From: Saprolegnia diclina VS20
Taxonomy: Eukaryota
Length of the DNA: 55,547 nucleotides
Reading direction: 5' to 3'
NCBI RefSeq assembly: GCF_000281045.1
Contig: NW_008246088.1
Span: 451,724-507,270 of the forward strand
A program made the position numbers and the translations under genes. Positions 1 to 11,734 of the stretch are shown piece by piece. The notes under the pieces were generated by a model. The model saw nothing but the letters and a program-made list of their open reading frames with translations, was not told where the DNA came from and made no database searches. The number at the start of each line of letters is the position of its first letter. The stretch's first letter is position 1.

Positions 1-505
1 TGGTCGCAGCCGGCGCCGTCGTCGCTGCGTGCGAGCTCGAGCTCGATCCCGACGAGTCTTGGCTACTACTGGTCGCTGGCGCCGTCGTCGTTGGAACCGG
101 CGTGTCCTCGGGAGCCAAAGTCGTCGAAGATGGACTCGACGTTGCGATTGGAAATTCCGTCGTTGGGACTGGAATTGCTGTCGTGCTGTGTGCAGTGGGT
201 GTTGGTGTAGTACTAGACGGTGTTTGTGTGCTCGCTGGTGATGTTGTAGCTGTGACTGTTGTCGGAATCGGTTGAGGTCCTTTTGTATAGCTGGCGGGAG
301 ATGGTGTCGTTAAATTCAGCTGAATATCAAGGGCAGTCGTCAGATTGGTATCGACGGGTGCTGGTGTCGTTCCGTTGGTGAGGATCGTTGGGGTTGCAGC
401 ATTGTTGCTTGTGCCGTATGGACCAAGGGCCCAGAGTATGACAGCAGCAGCGACTACGAAGAAGAGGCCTGCACCCAAATGCCACTTTCGCTTGCATAGG
501 TTCAT
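1..505 (-). CDS. Thr/Ser/Pro-rich (mucin-like) protein with N-terminal signal anchor; partial, runs off window start
   Basis: Not in ORF track. Manual translation from ATG at 505: MNLCKRKWHLGAGLFFVVAAAVILWALGPYGTSNNAATPTILTNGTTPAP...TTAPAAT, open to window edge; hydrophobic N-terminus followed by a T/S/P-rich stalk. Confidence 0.75.
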   Translation of the reverse strand, partial: MNLCKRKWHLGAGLFFVVAAAVILWALGPYGTSNNAATPTILTNGTTPAPVDTNLTTALDIQLNLTTPSPASYTKGPQPIPTTVTATTSPASTQTPSSTTPTPTAHSTTAIPVPTTEFPIATSSPSSTTLAPEDTPVPTTTAPATSSSQDSSGSSSSSHAATTAPAAT

Positions 506-935
506 CGCACGGATACGAACGCTTGGAAGGTCGCGTTTGGATTTGCCGCGAAACTTGGAACCGTCATTCCTTGATGGGTATCGCATATAACCGGTTGCGG
601 CTCCAAGGGTCTGCAGACCACTTTGCAAGTAAACTGTTATCGTACTCGAACAAGCAGACAGACACTGCGAAAGGACCACGTTTCTGAGCATTCGCAGCGC
701 CCGTCGAGACGATGGTTGCAAGCTCCGAGTTCGAGAACGATACCGTGCACGAGATTGCATCGACCTTTCTATACGAGACTTGTGCGTGGGTACCAAAAGT
801 TTGTGAGGGTAGAAGCGTTGCCAACGGCACACAGCAGTACACGGGGTTGTCATGCTCCAGGTACCAGGCAGAGCGTGGTGTCGGTAGTTGGTATCCGGAT
901 GCTCGACGAAAGGTCACGATCTTTCCCACTCGGCC

Positions 936-3900
936 ATGTTCAAGAAACTCGTCAAGCGCAGCCGGCGCCACGACTCGGACGACGACGAACCGAACGACCG
1001 CCAGCGCATTAGCGTTGGGAGCAAGTCGACGAAAAAGCCCAAGTCGAAAAAGACGGCTGCCTTCCTCGATGCTGACACGCTTGGCGCGCTCTCGAGCGCC
1101 GTGGCTGGCAAGCACAAGCTCAGCCCCGCGCGTCTTTGTCGCGTCTTTGAAAAGTACGACACCGACGAAGTCGGCGTCGTCGACGACGCGACGTTTGCCA
1201 AGTGCATCAAGAAGCTCGGTGTCGGGTGGTCGAAAGACCAGTTATCGGTTGTCCAGGACTGCTTTCGGGTGCGCCGACAAGCCATCGACTATTACAGCTT
1301 TGTGGACTTTGCCACGAGCACGCGCGACTCGGAAAAGCTCTCTGCGGTTGCCGCCGCGCTTTCCGAGGCCATTGCCGACTATGACAAGCGGTCGGGCGAG
1401 CAGCCCTTCAACCTGTACGAGTCGCTCGAGCGCGCCGACAAGAACGAGCGGGGGTGGCTCGCACCGGACGTGTTTCGCAAGTGCCTTACGCGACCCGTCG
1501 ACATGGAGCTCACGTCCAAACAAGTCAGCCTCCTCTTAGATCGGTTCTCGTTTGAATACGACACCAACAACGACGACGACGGTATCGGCATCGACTATGC
1601 GCAATTTGCGGCCTGGCTGCAGCCGTCGTTCCACTACAAAGCCAAGGATTTACAAAAGCGTGTCCAAGGACTCTTTCTACATGCCAAGAAGACGCATGGG
1701 CTGCGTTGCATTGACATTTTCAAGGCCGTTGACGACGACGCCAGCGGTCTCATTTCCCGACTCGAATTCAAGGAGGCGCTCCACGACCTCGGATTCCCCG
1801 TCACGGACGCGCAGATCAAGGGGCTCATCGAGTCGGTGGATGGCGACGGCAACGGCAAGATCGACTACAAGGAATTCGCCGCTGCGTTTGGTGCACCCAG
1901 TGAAAACGACGACGATGACGACGACGACGACGAAAATGACACTGGCAAGACGACCAAGAGCAAAAAGCCCAAGAAAATCCCGAGTCTCAAGGCGCTCATT
2001 GAGCCGAGTGTGTTGTCTGCCATGCTCACGGCCGTGCACGGCAAGCGCCGCAAGAACGGACTCGATCTCGCGGCCGTGTTTGAAAAATACGACACACACG
2101 AGCGGGGCTACCTCGACGCCGCGGCGTTCAGCAAAGGCGTTGCCAAGCTCGGCATCAAGCTCAAGAAGGATCACCTCGCCTGCCTATGTCTATGTTTTGG
2201 GGTCAAGAAGAAGACTGACGCGATCAACTACTACGCCTTTGTTGACTACCTCCAGCATCAGCCAGACACGAAGAAGCTCGATAAAATCCGGTCCAAGATA
2301 TCGACGCAGCTCCGGGCGTTTGACAAGGCGTCCGGCGAAGCGCCGACCAACTTGCATACGCAATTGACGCAACTCGATACCAAAGACGCGGGATGGATGC
2401 CGACGGCGACAGCCGACGCATTTTTCAGCGACCACGGAGGCCTCCGTCTCTCGGCCTCCGAGATTGAAACACTCCTCGAGCGCTTTGGCTACGACTACCC
2501 GGTGCGCGGCAAGTCCAAACCGGTGACAGGCGTGGACTACGACCAGTGCGCTCGCTGGCTACAGCCGACGTTGCATCTTGACGTCCAAGCGCTGCATGCC
2601 ACCGTGCGATCGCTTTTCCACCACGCCCAGAAGACGCATCAGCTGCGCCTCAAAGATGTGTTTCGGGACATTGACGTCGATGCGAGCGGTGTCATTTCCT
2701 GCATCGAATTGAAAGAAACGCTCCAAGCCATGGGGTTGCCCCTCACGGACGCACAGGTTCGATGTCTCGTGGACGAGTATGACACGGACGGCGACGGCAA
2801 AATCAACTACCGCGAGTTTGTGGCAGCGATCGGCGAGCCCGACGACAGCGACAACACGGCATCAAAACAAAAGAAAGACAAATCGCGGGGGTCGTCGCAA
2901 TCCAAGTCGCGCAGTGTCGTGCTCTCGCGCGAGATTCTGGACGTCCTCACAAAAGCCGTGCAGGACAAGCAGAGGAGCTCGACAGACCTCGTCGCCATCT
3001 TTGAGGCCCTCGATGCCAACGAGTCGGGCTTCTTGGACCGTGATCGCTTTGAAAAGGGACTTGGCAAGGCCAAAATCAAGCTCAAGAAAGACCAACTCAA
3101 AGCCGTCGCCGCTTGCTTTCAGAACAGCAAAAAACGCGGCATCGACTACTACCAATTCGTCGAGTTTGCATCGGCGCGGCACGACCTCGACGAGCTCGCG
3201 GCGATAGGCGATGGCATGCGCAAGGCTATTGCTTCGTACGACAAGCGGTCGGGCGAACAGCCGTACAATGTTCTCGAGTTTCTCAAGCAACTCGACCGGA
3301 AAAAGCGACTGCGTCTCCCAGTCCGGGCCGTCAAGACCTTTTTGGCCGAAAACACTGTCGTGGACTTTCGGTTGAAAGACAAGGAAGTCGCTGCCGTCGT
3401 GGCGCATTTCGAGTGTCACTACGACGACGGTGACGCCGGTGTCGACTATGAGCAATTTGCGCGCTGGCTGCAGCCGTCACTGCACTACGATGTCGCCGAG
3501 CTCCATGATCAGCTCAAGCGTCTCTTCAAGAAGACGAAACTCAAGTGGCGCGACATCTTCAAGGAGATGGACGCGGACGGCAACGGTATCGTGACGCGCC
3601 TCGAATTCAAAGAGGCGTTGCGCGATCTTGGCTTGCCCGTCACGGACGCCCAGTTGCGCTGCTTGATGGACGAGTATGACACGGATGGGGACGGCAAGAT
3701 GGCGTATGGCGAATTCCTCCGAGCTCTCGGACAAGATGACGAAGCCGATGACGGCACCGAGACGTACGGCGTCTGTTGTGCGACCGCCTTTACTGATTTT
3801 TCTCTAGGGCATCCCCAGCCTCGCCGTCGTTTCGCAAGAAAATGGCTGCTCGCTTTACGTTTAGCTCGTCGTACCGCTCCTGTGTGCTGTCGCAGTGTCG

Positions 3901-6900
3901 AGACGCTCACATCTGCGCATAGGAAATCAAAGCGAGAGTCGAAAAAAGTACCCGGGTCCGAGTCCGAGTCGGATGCGGCCGCGACCAAGCCCAAGCGGAC
4001 AAAGTTGTCCATTAAATCGTAGATCTACGCCATCCCATGCACCTCTTATCGTGTATCTGTCTAGTTTGTTCAGTCCAAAAGCCAAGGTCAAGAAACCGCC
4101 CGAGTCGAGTGAGGACGATACGCCGGCGCCATCCAAGAAGACCGCTAAAAAGAAACCTGCGGCAAGGAGCAGCAGCGACAGCGAGAGTCCGCAACCGAGA
4201 GCCAAGTCGTGTGCCACTAGACGAACGTTTTCTCATGACTGTCGACGTAGAGCCAAGTCCAAAAAACTAGCTATCTCGAGCGACGAGGCACCGGCAGCTT
4301 CGAAAAAGCGGTGCGCAATGTTCTGCAGTATCCCATGAATCTACATGATCATCTAGTCCTTCGGCCAAGAAGCCGCGAAGCGACAGCAGCGAGCCCCCGA
4401 GGTAGCGTATCACTATCACGGTCAAGTTCGCCAATAGGAGCCTTTGAACGTACGTAGGCGCAAGAAGAAAGTGGTCTCGAGCGACGACGATGCACCCAAA
4501 ACCAAAACCAAGTACTCTACTCAAGCTCCAATATGAGTCGTGGACAAACGACTTTGGGGTAGAGCATCCACAAAGGCGAAGCAACCGACATCATCCCGGT
4601 ATGCCGACAATCTGCTGTCACTTCTAGACACGTGCCATTATCACTAGAAAGCCGCCCCCGTCCAGCGATTCGAGTTCTGAGCAGTGAGTTTGGGCGGCTA
4701 TTCTTTTTGTTGGATTCAATCAATCTTGTAGGCCACCGCCCAAGAAGTCATCTCGCAGCAACGACCGCTCGCGTGGCAAGAAAACCAAATCACGGTACAT
4801 GTGGACTACTTGAGACTCATTTCTGAGTCGCGCTCGTGACGTAGATCGTCCAAAGCTAAATCGCACAGCTCCACCGACAGCGCGGGAGCTCCGTCGCCGC
4901 CAAATCGGGCATCGAGATCGGCACGCCGACAGTCGGCCACACCCAAGAAGGTTCGCTATGTAAGCGACTCGAACGGACAACTGGCGCCGTCCGACGACGA
5001 GGGGGCGTCGTCGAACTCGTCGGGCATGAATGTGGCCGACCTTCGCAAGTACAAGGACCGAGCAAAATCAAAGGCGAAGCGCAAGCGCCGGCGCCACGCC
5101 GAGTCGAGCACCGACGAAGAGGCGTCCGACGCCGAATACCTCGCGCACATGAAGCAAGCGCTCCGTATTGCGTTCGATTTCTACGACGTCGATCGCAGCA
5201 ACTCGATCGGTCAGCGGTCCCTCCCCAAGAATACGCTCATGGATGGCTCTAGACAAGGACGAGCTCGGGCATATTCTCCGCGCAGTCGGCGACGACGTGA
5301 CAGTCGATGAGCTTGGCAACATCATGCGCGCCGTGGACTTGGACGCGAGCGGGCAGATCGAGTTTGACGAGTTCTACCTCATGATGAAAACACGTCTGTA
5401 CGAGCAGCGCGTGGTGTTTCGCGCCAAGACCGAGCTCGAAGTGCGCGCGATCTTTGATCAAATCGACGCGGACCGCAACCGCGTGCTTGACACGGCCGAA
5501 TTTTACCACGCGCTTGTGCACGAACTTCAGATTCCACTCACACCAGACGAGTTTGACGCGGTCGTCGACGAGATCGACACGTCCAACGACGGTCGCATCG
5601 ACATTGAGGAGTTTAGCGCGTTTATGCTGCTCGTCGAGCAGCTCTCGGGCGGCTCGGCGTCGACGCAGCACTTGGCGCACCTCTGTAGCGACGCCATTTC
5701 GGGCATGAAAAAAATTGCACGTGGCGCGCCGCGGGACCCCGAAGCTCACCTGCTCGCGCTCCTTGGTGTCCCGACCAACTTTCGACACGCGGTGACGAGC
5801 ACGGCGCGCCGTGTTCAGAAACACTCGATGGAGTATGTGCTGTCGTTCCCGCCCCCCGAAGTGCGTTTAGCTCCCATAGCAATATGTCAAGCTGATAGAT
5901 TGATAGACGGTGTACAACATGGCACAGCACGGCAACCTGGCGCTCGTACCAACGCAAACACTGCAGGTTAGGGCAATGAATGAACTAATTTAGAAACGAC
6001 TTGTAGGAGGCGTGGGCAGGCGTCGAAGCATCCGAAGCGCTGCAAAAGCAAGCGATCGTGTCGCTCAAGCTCGCAAAAGGCGTGCCGGCGCCGTACGACA
6101 AACGCGAACACGACGTCGTGGGGCGAAAAGTGCGCGTCTGCTTCTTTGACATGGCCGACGCCACAAGTGCTACGACAGCCCACGGCGTCCGGCGTCTCGA
6201 GGGTCAAATCGTCGGCAACATCCACGAAATTTCCGTCGCGTGGTCGAAAAAAGAGGAAGACGTGTGGTACTTTTCCCGCGCCGCAACCAAAGCCGACGAC
6301 TACAAGTTTATCGTACCTCCCCTTATCCATTCTTATTGGTTTTGGTGACCTATCGTTATACGCAGGTGCGCACGAATACGCCGGCCGACGACCTTTACCT
6401 CTTTATTGAGTTTGTTCTCGAGCTCAAGAGCGAGACTGCCCACGAAATGCACCAAGCCGCGACCAAAGCAAAGTACAAGGTGCTGGACCACGTTGGGAAG
6501 CATTCGCACACGGTGGTGTAGGCACCACCCCCGGCCCACGCGTTGGTTCCTATCGAAATGGTGTGTTGCTGGGCGAAAATTCCCGTCGCTCAACTCCTCG
6601 CGCCGGGCAGCCAAGATGTTGTTCGCTTTGACGTACCATTGTACGGCGGTTCGATCCTTAACCCGGTCGAGCTTGACGAGGTACCGCATATTTTCGATAT
6701 ATTTCTTCATGTTTGTGTATTTTACAGCGTGCCATCTAGGACGAGATTTCGCGACGGCGCAGCGGGTGGCGGGCGCTCAAGAAGGCACTCACGGCCTATA
6801 GCCCACCCCAGCTCCACGTCAAAAGCCTCCAGATTCCCAAATTACCCTACCCTGTACCATCCCATGCCCCAAAAGGCGCCAACCCGAACCGTAAATTGTA

Positions 6901-7456
6901 GGAAAAACTGCAAATTGCGCAGCTGCCGTCGACCATCATTGCCCCGTACTCGGCCGTGTCCATCATCCAGGATTACATGAGCCTCATGAAGACGGTCCTC
7001 TCGACGCTCGAGTCGCCGTCGCACGTCTACACGTGTGAGCCCGCTCTCAAGCTTTTTCCTCGCATCTTGGACGATGCCGATGTGTACGAGGCCTTCCGCG
7101 CGGTTGCTGCCGAGCAATTGCGCCCGGGCATGTTCAAGGTACACCCATGTGGTACCGTAATTTTACGAATTGAGCGGTGTTAGACGCTCGCTGAGCGCCA
7201 CGACCGCTTTAAAAGCGTAGTTCTACGCATGTGGCCAGCGTTTACCGCACCCCGTGCCCGTATCGACATTGGCGGTGACACAGACGACAAGACCAGCAGT
7301 CGTCTCCAAGCGCACCTCGACGATATGGCCAAAGGGTCAACCAGTTTGAACCCGACATTTTCAACATTTTTGGATAGAAAATTTGGTTTTACCGATGTCA
7401 AGGAGCCAACAACGCCGTTCCACATTCGTGAAGTGTCGTTTGAACGTTTATTGTAA
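936..7456 (+). CDS. Very large multi-exon EF-hand protein with C-terminal nephrocystin-1 (NPHP1)-like domain
   Basis: Exon 1 (936-~3763) has many EF-hand loops (DDDASGLISRLE, DGDGNGKIDYKE, DTDGDGKINYRE, DADGNGIVTRLE). K/S-rich micro-exons follow at ~3810-5000, then four more EF-hands (5180-5610). The C-terminal exons (GNIHEISVAW..WYFS, EMVCCWAKIP, LYGGS, QLPSTII, LKLFPRILD, PFHIREVSF*) parallel NPHP1 motifs. Joining into one gene is inferred from chained GT-AG introns. Confidence 0.75.
1060..3730 (+). repeat. Three internal ~270-280 aa EF-hand modules within exon 1
   Basis: Recurrent blocks (VFEKYD/IFEALD..IDYY.FV.F..YD...G..P.N..DY.Q.A.WLQP..H...LG.P.TDAQ...D.DG.GK) at about 1060-1890, 1995-2835 and 2920-3730, separated by acidic/basic linkers. 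Confidence 0.85.
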
Positions 7457-7493
7457 GCGAAAAATGTACGAAATCAATATCAACATCACAGTG

Positions 7494-8339
7494 TCACTTT
7501 GGGTTTGAACGGCTGGCGGCGAGTGCCACCAACTGCGCCTCGAGTTGCTGGTTGTACGCCGTCGTGCTCGCAATGCTCGAGTGGAGACCCGAGACCGACG
7601 TCGGTAAATCCTGCTTCGTCGGGTTGACCGAGACGCCGCCCGACATGGTGCTCTGAAAGCGCGTCGGCTTGGTCGACGTGCGTTGGTGCGACTGCTTACG
7701 CCTCTGTACCAACTGGATCTGGCGCTGGAGCTGTTTTTGCTGGGCGCGAAGTTGGTGCAAGCGCTGGGATAGCTTGGCTTGGATGAGTTTTCCCTGGACC
7801 GCCGCGGCGTTGCCATCGTTCGTATGCACCGACGCGGAAAGCGTCGTGTTGCTCTCGGACCCTGCCGGTGGCTCGATGTCGTCCGAGTCGAACGCTGCGG
7901 AAGATGACGACGCGCTGCTGTCCCAGCGTTCGCTGCCATCCCCCGACGACGATTCACTCGCCCCCATCGAGTCACCGCCGCTTGCAAGCTCGCTCGTCGT
8001 CATGTTGGGTCCCGTGTTCTGATTCGACGTCGTCGGTGCATTCGGATCGACCGGCGTCGACGTTGCACCGAGGTTGGAGGCGTCCCCAATGGATTTTGCT
8101 GTTGCATTTGGCGTCGTTGTCGTCACGTCAAAGGTGGTCGTGTTGCCACCGATGGCCGTGAACGACGACGGGGCTTCGGTTCGACTCGACGTATCTTGCA
8201 CCGGCGCCGACGCGTGCGAGTCAAAGACGCCGGTCGTTGTCGAGACGACCACAATGGTCGCGATCGCGCCGACGACAAACGCAACCACTGGTATCATCAC
8301 GCGCCGGGATCGGTACACCGGCACCGCTGCTTGGTCCAT
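7494..8339 (-). CDS. Ser/Thr-rich type II membrane protein with Gln-rich coiled-coil C-terminus, unknown function
   Basis: 281 aa ORF; hydrophobic VMIPVVAFVVGAIATIVVV near the N-terminus, S/T stalk, then a QAKLSQRLHQLRAQQKQLQRQ coil. Confidence 0.7.
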   Translation of the reverse strand: MDQAAVPVYRSRRVMIPVVAFVVGAIATIVVVSTTTGVFDSHASAPVQDTSSRTEAPSSFTAIGGNTTTFDVTTTTPNATAKSIGDASNLGATSTPVDPNAPTTSNQNTGPNMTTSELASGGDSMGASESSSGDGSERWDSSASSSSAAFDSDDIEPPAGSESNTTLSASVHTNDGNAAAVQGKLIQAKLSQRLHQLRAQQKQLQRQIQLVQRRKQSHQRTSTKPTRFQSTMSGGVSVNPTKQDLPTSVSGLHSSIASTTAYNQQLEAQLVALAASRSNPK

Positions 8340-8456
8340 CCTTCAAGCGTTGCAACTTGCCGACTCAATCAAGAAAGTAGAAATAGAAAGGACGGCAAAG
8401 AACTATCTTGAGAAGAGAGGCATCGGGTGCTATTCTCGGTCGGCGGCCGTTGCTGC

Positions 8457-9970
8457 TCAAAGCAAATCGTAAAAGTAGTCGAGCCCTTGCCCAATCTCCC
8501 AGATGGCGGCGCCGACGTGGGCCTTGGCGTAGAGCGCGAGCCGGTCGTCGATCGACTGCAAACACGGGTAGTACACGTGGCGTCGACCGGCCGCATAGAT
8601 GAATTTGCATTCCTACCCACACGAGACGACGTCGTGTCGATGGCTTCTCTAAAAGCACGTACATGGGCGACGGCATCCCACTGCACGTCGGGGGTATGGG
8701 TTTGCAACAGCGTCAAGTATGTCGATGCAATCACAGCCTCTAGCGTAGCAGGCGCGTCACCACCATGAAGCGAGCGATGGTATGTGTACCATTGGTGTCA
8801 TAGCCGTAAAAGGCCAGACCCATGAGAAGTTTATGCGGCGGCGTGAGCTGCTGCAGCGTCGCTTGCAACCACGGGAGCGGCGCGTTGGGGCCCATGGACG
8901 AGTAGTCGTACGCGTTGACCGAGATGCGGTGCACGTACGGAAGGACCCTAGAGTCACCTTGTCAAATGCAGCACATATCGCAAAGGCTTACGCTTGCAAG
9001 TGGCGCGCGTCCACCGACAGCTGGCCCTACACCATGCCGTCTATATGAGCACAGGTAGAGTGTTTCCGCCTACGTTGCGCTGGCTCGTGGGCAAGACGAG
9101 CAATAGCAGGCGCTTGGCTTTCGCCAGGGCTTTGCCGAGCGCCTTGATGAACGGCACCGTCACGTCCACGATGGGAACCTGCGAAGGAAGGACATTGTCG
9201 GTAGAGATCTTCTTTGCGCATGAGGATACCTCGAGCGTGAGGCCGTCAAAGTGGTGCGTCTCCACCTCGCGCAGCAGAAGCGAGAGGACCTGCGACGCCT
9301 CGGCAGCGCTGAGCGACGGCATTTCAAACATGAAGCGTGGTACAATTTGGGGACCGAGCCCGTCGTGACCACGGACAGCGTCGATCCAGTTTGCATCGGC
9401 GTCGTGGCCGCCGGTGAGTACCGGCGTTCTCGCGGCGTCGTGGCGGATCTGCCACGAATGATGACGCAAAGTCGTTGGTTCGATCCATCATGCGTACCTG
9501 GTACCACACGGGCGCAATGTAGGTAAATTTGCGGCGAAAGGTCTTGGCCATGTCGTAGCCGTGGTTGTTCCATGGTGTGACGTAGCCAAGGGTTTCGCCG
9601 GCGAAGCGCTTGGTGTCGACGTCGCCCGCGTAAGCTTGGGCATGCTACAGGCCAGCATCACATCCTGGATGTATCGACGCCTGCGCACCGTCAGAATCGA
9701 TGCGACGCTCGGAGTCGTTGTAACGAGGCCGCGCGTGTGCACGGACGGGATCAAGCAGACGCCGGCAGCCTCGTCGACGACGCATGCCACCTACAGCACC
9801 TCGTCGTCACTGCGTTGGTTCAAGCCGCCTCGCACCGCCGGGAGATCGTCGTCATGGCCATCGTCAGCGTCGTCAAAGATGAAGTCGGCGTCGTTGGCGG
9901 CAGCTGCCAGAGTGGCCATCGCCAGCGCGCTGAGAAGCAAGGCGAGGACCGTCGCTCGCCATCGTCGCAT
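8457..9970 (-). CDS. CHID1: Chitinase domain-containing protein 1-like (GH18 fold), secreted, multi-exon
   Basis: Signal peptide [72 protein letters not shown]; ends [15 protein letters not shown] (stop 8457). Confidence 0.9.
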
Positions 9971-10069
9971 CACGTCCGATCTTCGCCTGCCAGGTGATTT
10001 ACCGTACTGTCCGGATAATGGAATGCCACAGCCGTTTTGGTCAATTCTTCGAGCTGCGATCCGAGAAGG

Positions 10070-11482
10070 ATGGAGGAAGTCGTGGGCCCGGCGCTGGAGC
10101 AGCTGACGCTGGCTGAGGTACGCTATTGCCGGCGGTGACGCTTCTCATGGCCCTTTAGGACGAAGAGGCCCTGGAGCTGTAGGCGCGCGACAGCTGTGGC
10201 GAAAGGCCACATGAGTCATTGTGCCCCTCGTAGGAAGTCGCCGCGGAGCCATGGCCCACACAAGCTCAACCTTTCGGCCGAGCTCCTCGACAAGTACAGC
10301 ACGCTGGATGCGGTGCGTGGCGCGTGATATGTGACTTTGTCATCATGCAGAAGTAGACTACGTACGAGGCGCCACCGACCGGTCCGCTACGCGTCTTTGG
10401 CGTCATGAAGCTCGTGCAAGCGAGCATATCGTCAGGGTGCTTTTTGACGCGGCAGCTGTATGCACCGCGCGAGATCTGGTACGCGCTCGCCACGTGAAGT
10501 CCTTGCAAAAGCCTCGATGACGCAGGCTCATGGATCGCGTGCGCCTTGCCGGTGTCGACCACAAGATGCGGTTGCTGGAAATCCTCTCCAAAGAGCTTCG
10601 AGTCCTCGAAGTACTCTGCAATGCATGGGCAATTCATGCTAATAGCCCACGCTTATAGGCGCTGTCGCCACCCGTCACGACAGCCAACAAGACGGTCTTT
10701 GAGCATACGCTCAAAAACATGGTCCAGCTCGTGCACGACCAGCGCGCCGAGCTCCTTCGACCGTTTCCACACCTTGCGCAAGAGCCGCCCGCGAGTAGCT
10801 CCGAGCCGGCCAAGGTTGCGTCCCATATTCTACTGCATCCATTGTGACGCAGCGTGTAGATGGAGAAGGAGGTGGCGAACGCGCTTGGGGGCAGCAGTGC
10901 GATCACCAAGATGACAAGTATCGCGTTTGGCTTTGGCCGCATGGTGAAGAAACAAGCCGTCGCGGTCGTCGAGCGTGCAAACGCTGCGATGCTCGAAACC
11001 ACGTACACTCTTCTGACTCCGTTTCTTGGTCGTCTGATGGAGACGATGTTCGCAGCTCCAAGGAAACCCTTAGCCGATACAGCCAGTGGATTGAAAGTGT
11101 CTTTATCCAAGTGCAGTTTCTGGGTATGCAAAAGGTGTCCTTACATGGGATCGATGTATGGGATGGTTAGGTGTGTGGCTCGATCCGCCGTACCCCGTGG
11201 CCGCGACCTTGGACCTCGGCCGACACCAGGACGTAGCAGCTGCGCTGCAAAACTCGCCGTGGCTCGAGTCCATTGCCATCATCGGTACATACAGTGCACG
11301 CCCAACAAAGCTTGAGAGTGTCGTGTGTAGCCACGTTCTTGGACGACGTCGTTTGCGAACTCGTCATGCGTGATGTCGAAGCTCTCTTGCAGTGCTATTT
11401 GCGCCGCATCTCGCAAGGCTTTGGCGCCTTCTCGATCGACGCCAAGACGCTCGTCAAGCCGCCGTCGTCGGTCACCTCGTGA
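10070..11482 (+). CDS. Multi-exon uncharacterised protein; C-terminus resembles the conserved region of fungal MIT-domain-associated proteins
   Basis: Chain of short exons with GT-AG introns: MEEVVGPALEQ..; GCFLTRQLYAPREIW; MEKEVANALGG..; FLDDVVCELVMRDVEALLQCYLRRISQGF..SVTS*. Family resemblance is from memory only. Confidence 0.6.
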
Positions 11483-11734
11483 GCGATAACAAGGAATTTT
11501 TACACTAGCAGTGTACAATATGTGTGTATCACGATGATTTCTATCACTCAATCTGCTCCTGCATCGACAGTGTCAACTTGGATCCGTAGACTGAGCCTTA
11601 CATCGGTTGAAGGAATAAATGGGTTAAGGTTTGCATTGGCATTGGTAGGTTTAGGGATGTCGTCGGCGGTCAACGCTCGTAGGCGGAATTTCGTCCTTGG
11701 CCAGATACAATATTCTTCATATTTCGTGTTAGAA

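Noticed and set aside
9230..9260. Non-canonical GH18 catalytic motif (FDGLTLE)
   Set aside because: Normal for the CHID1 family, which lacks the full DxDxE motif.
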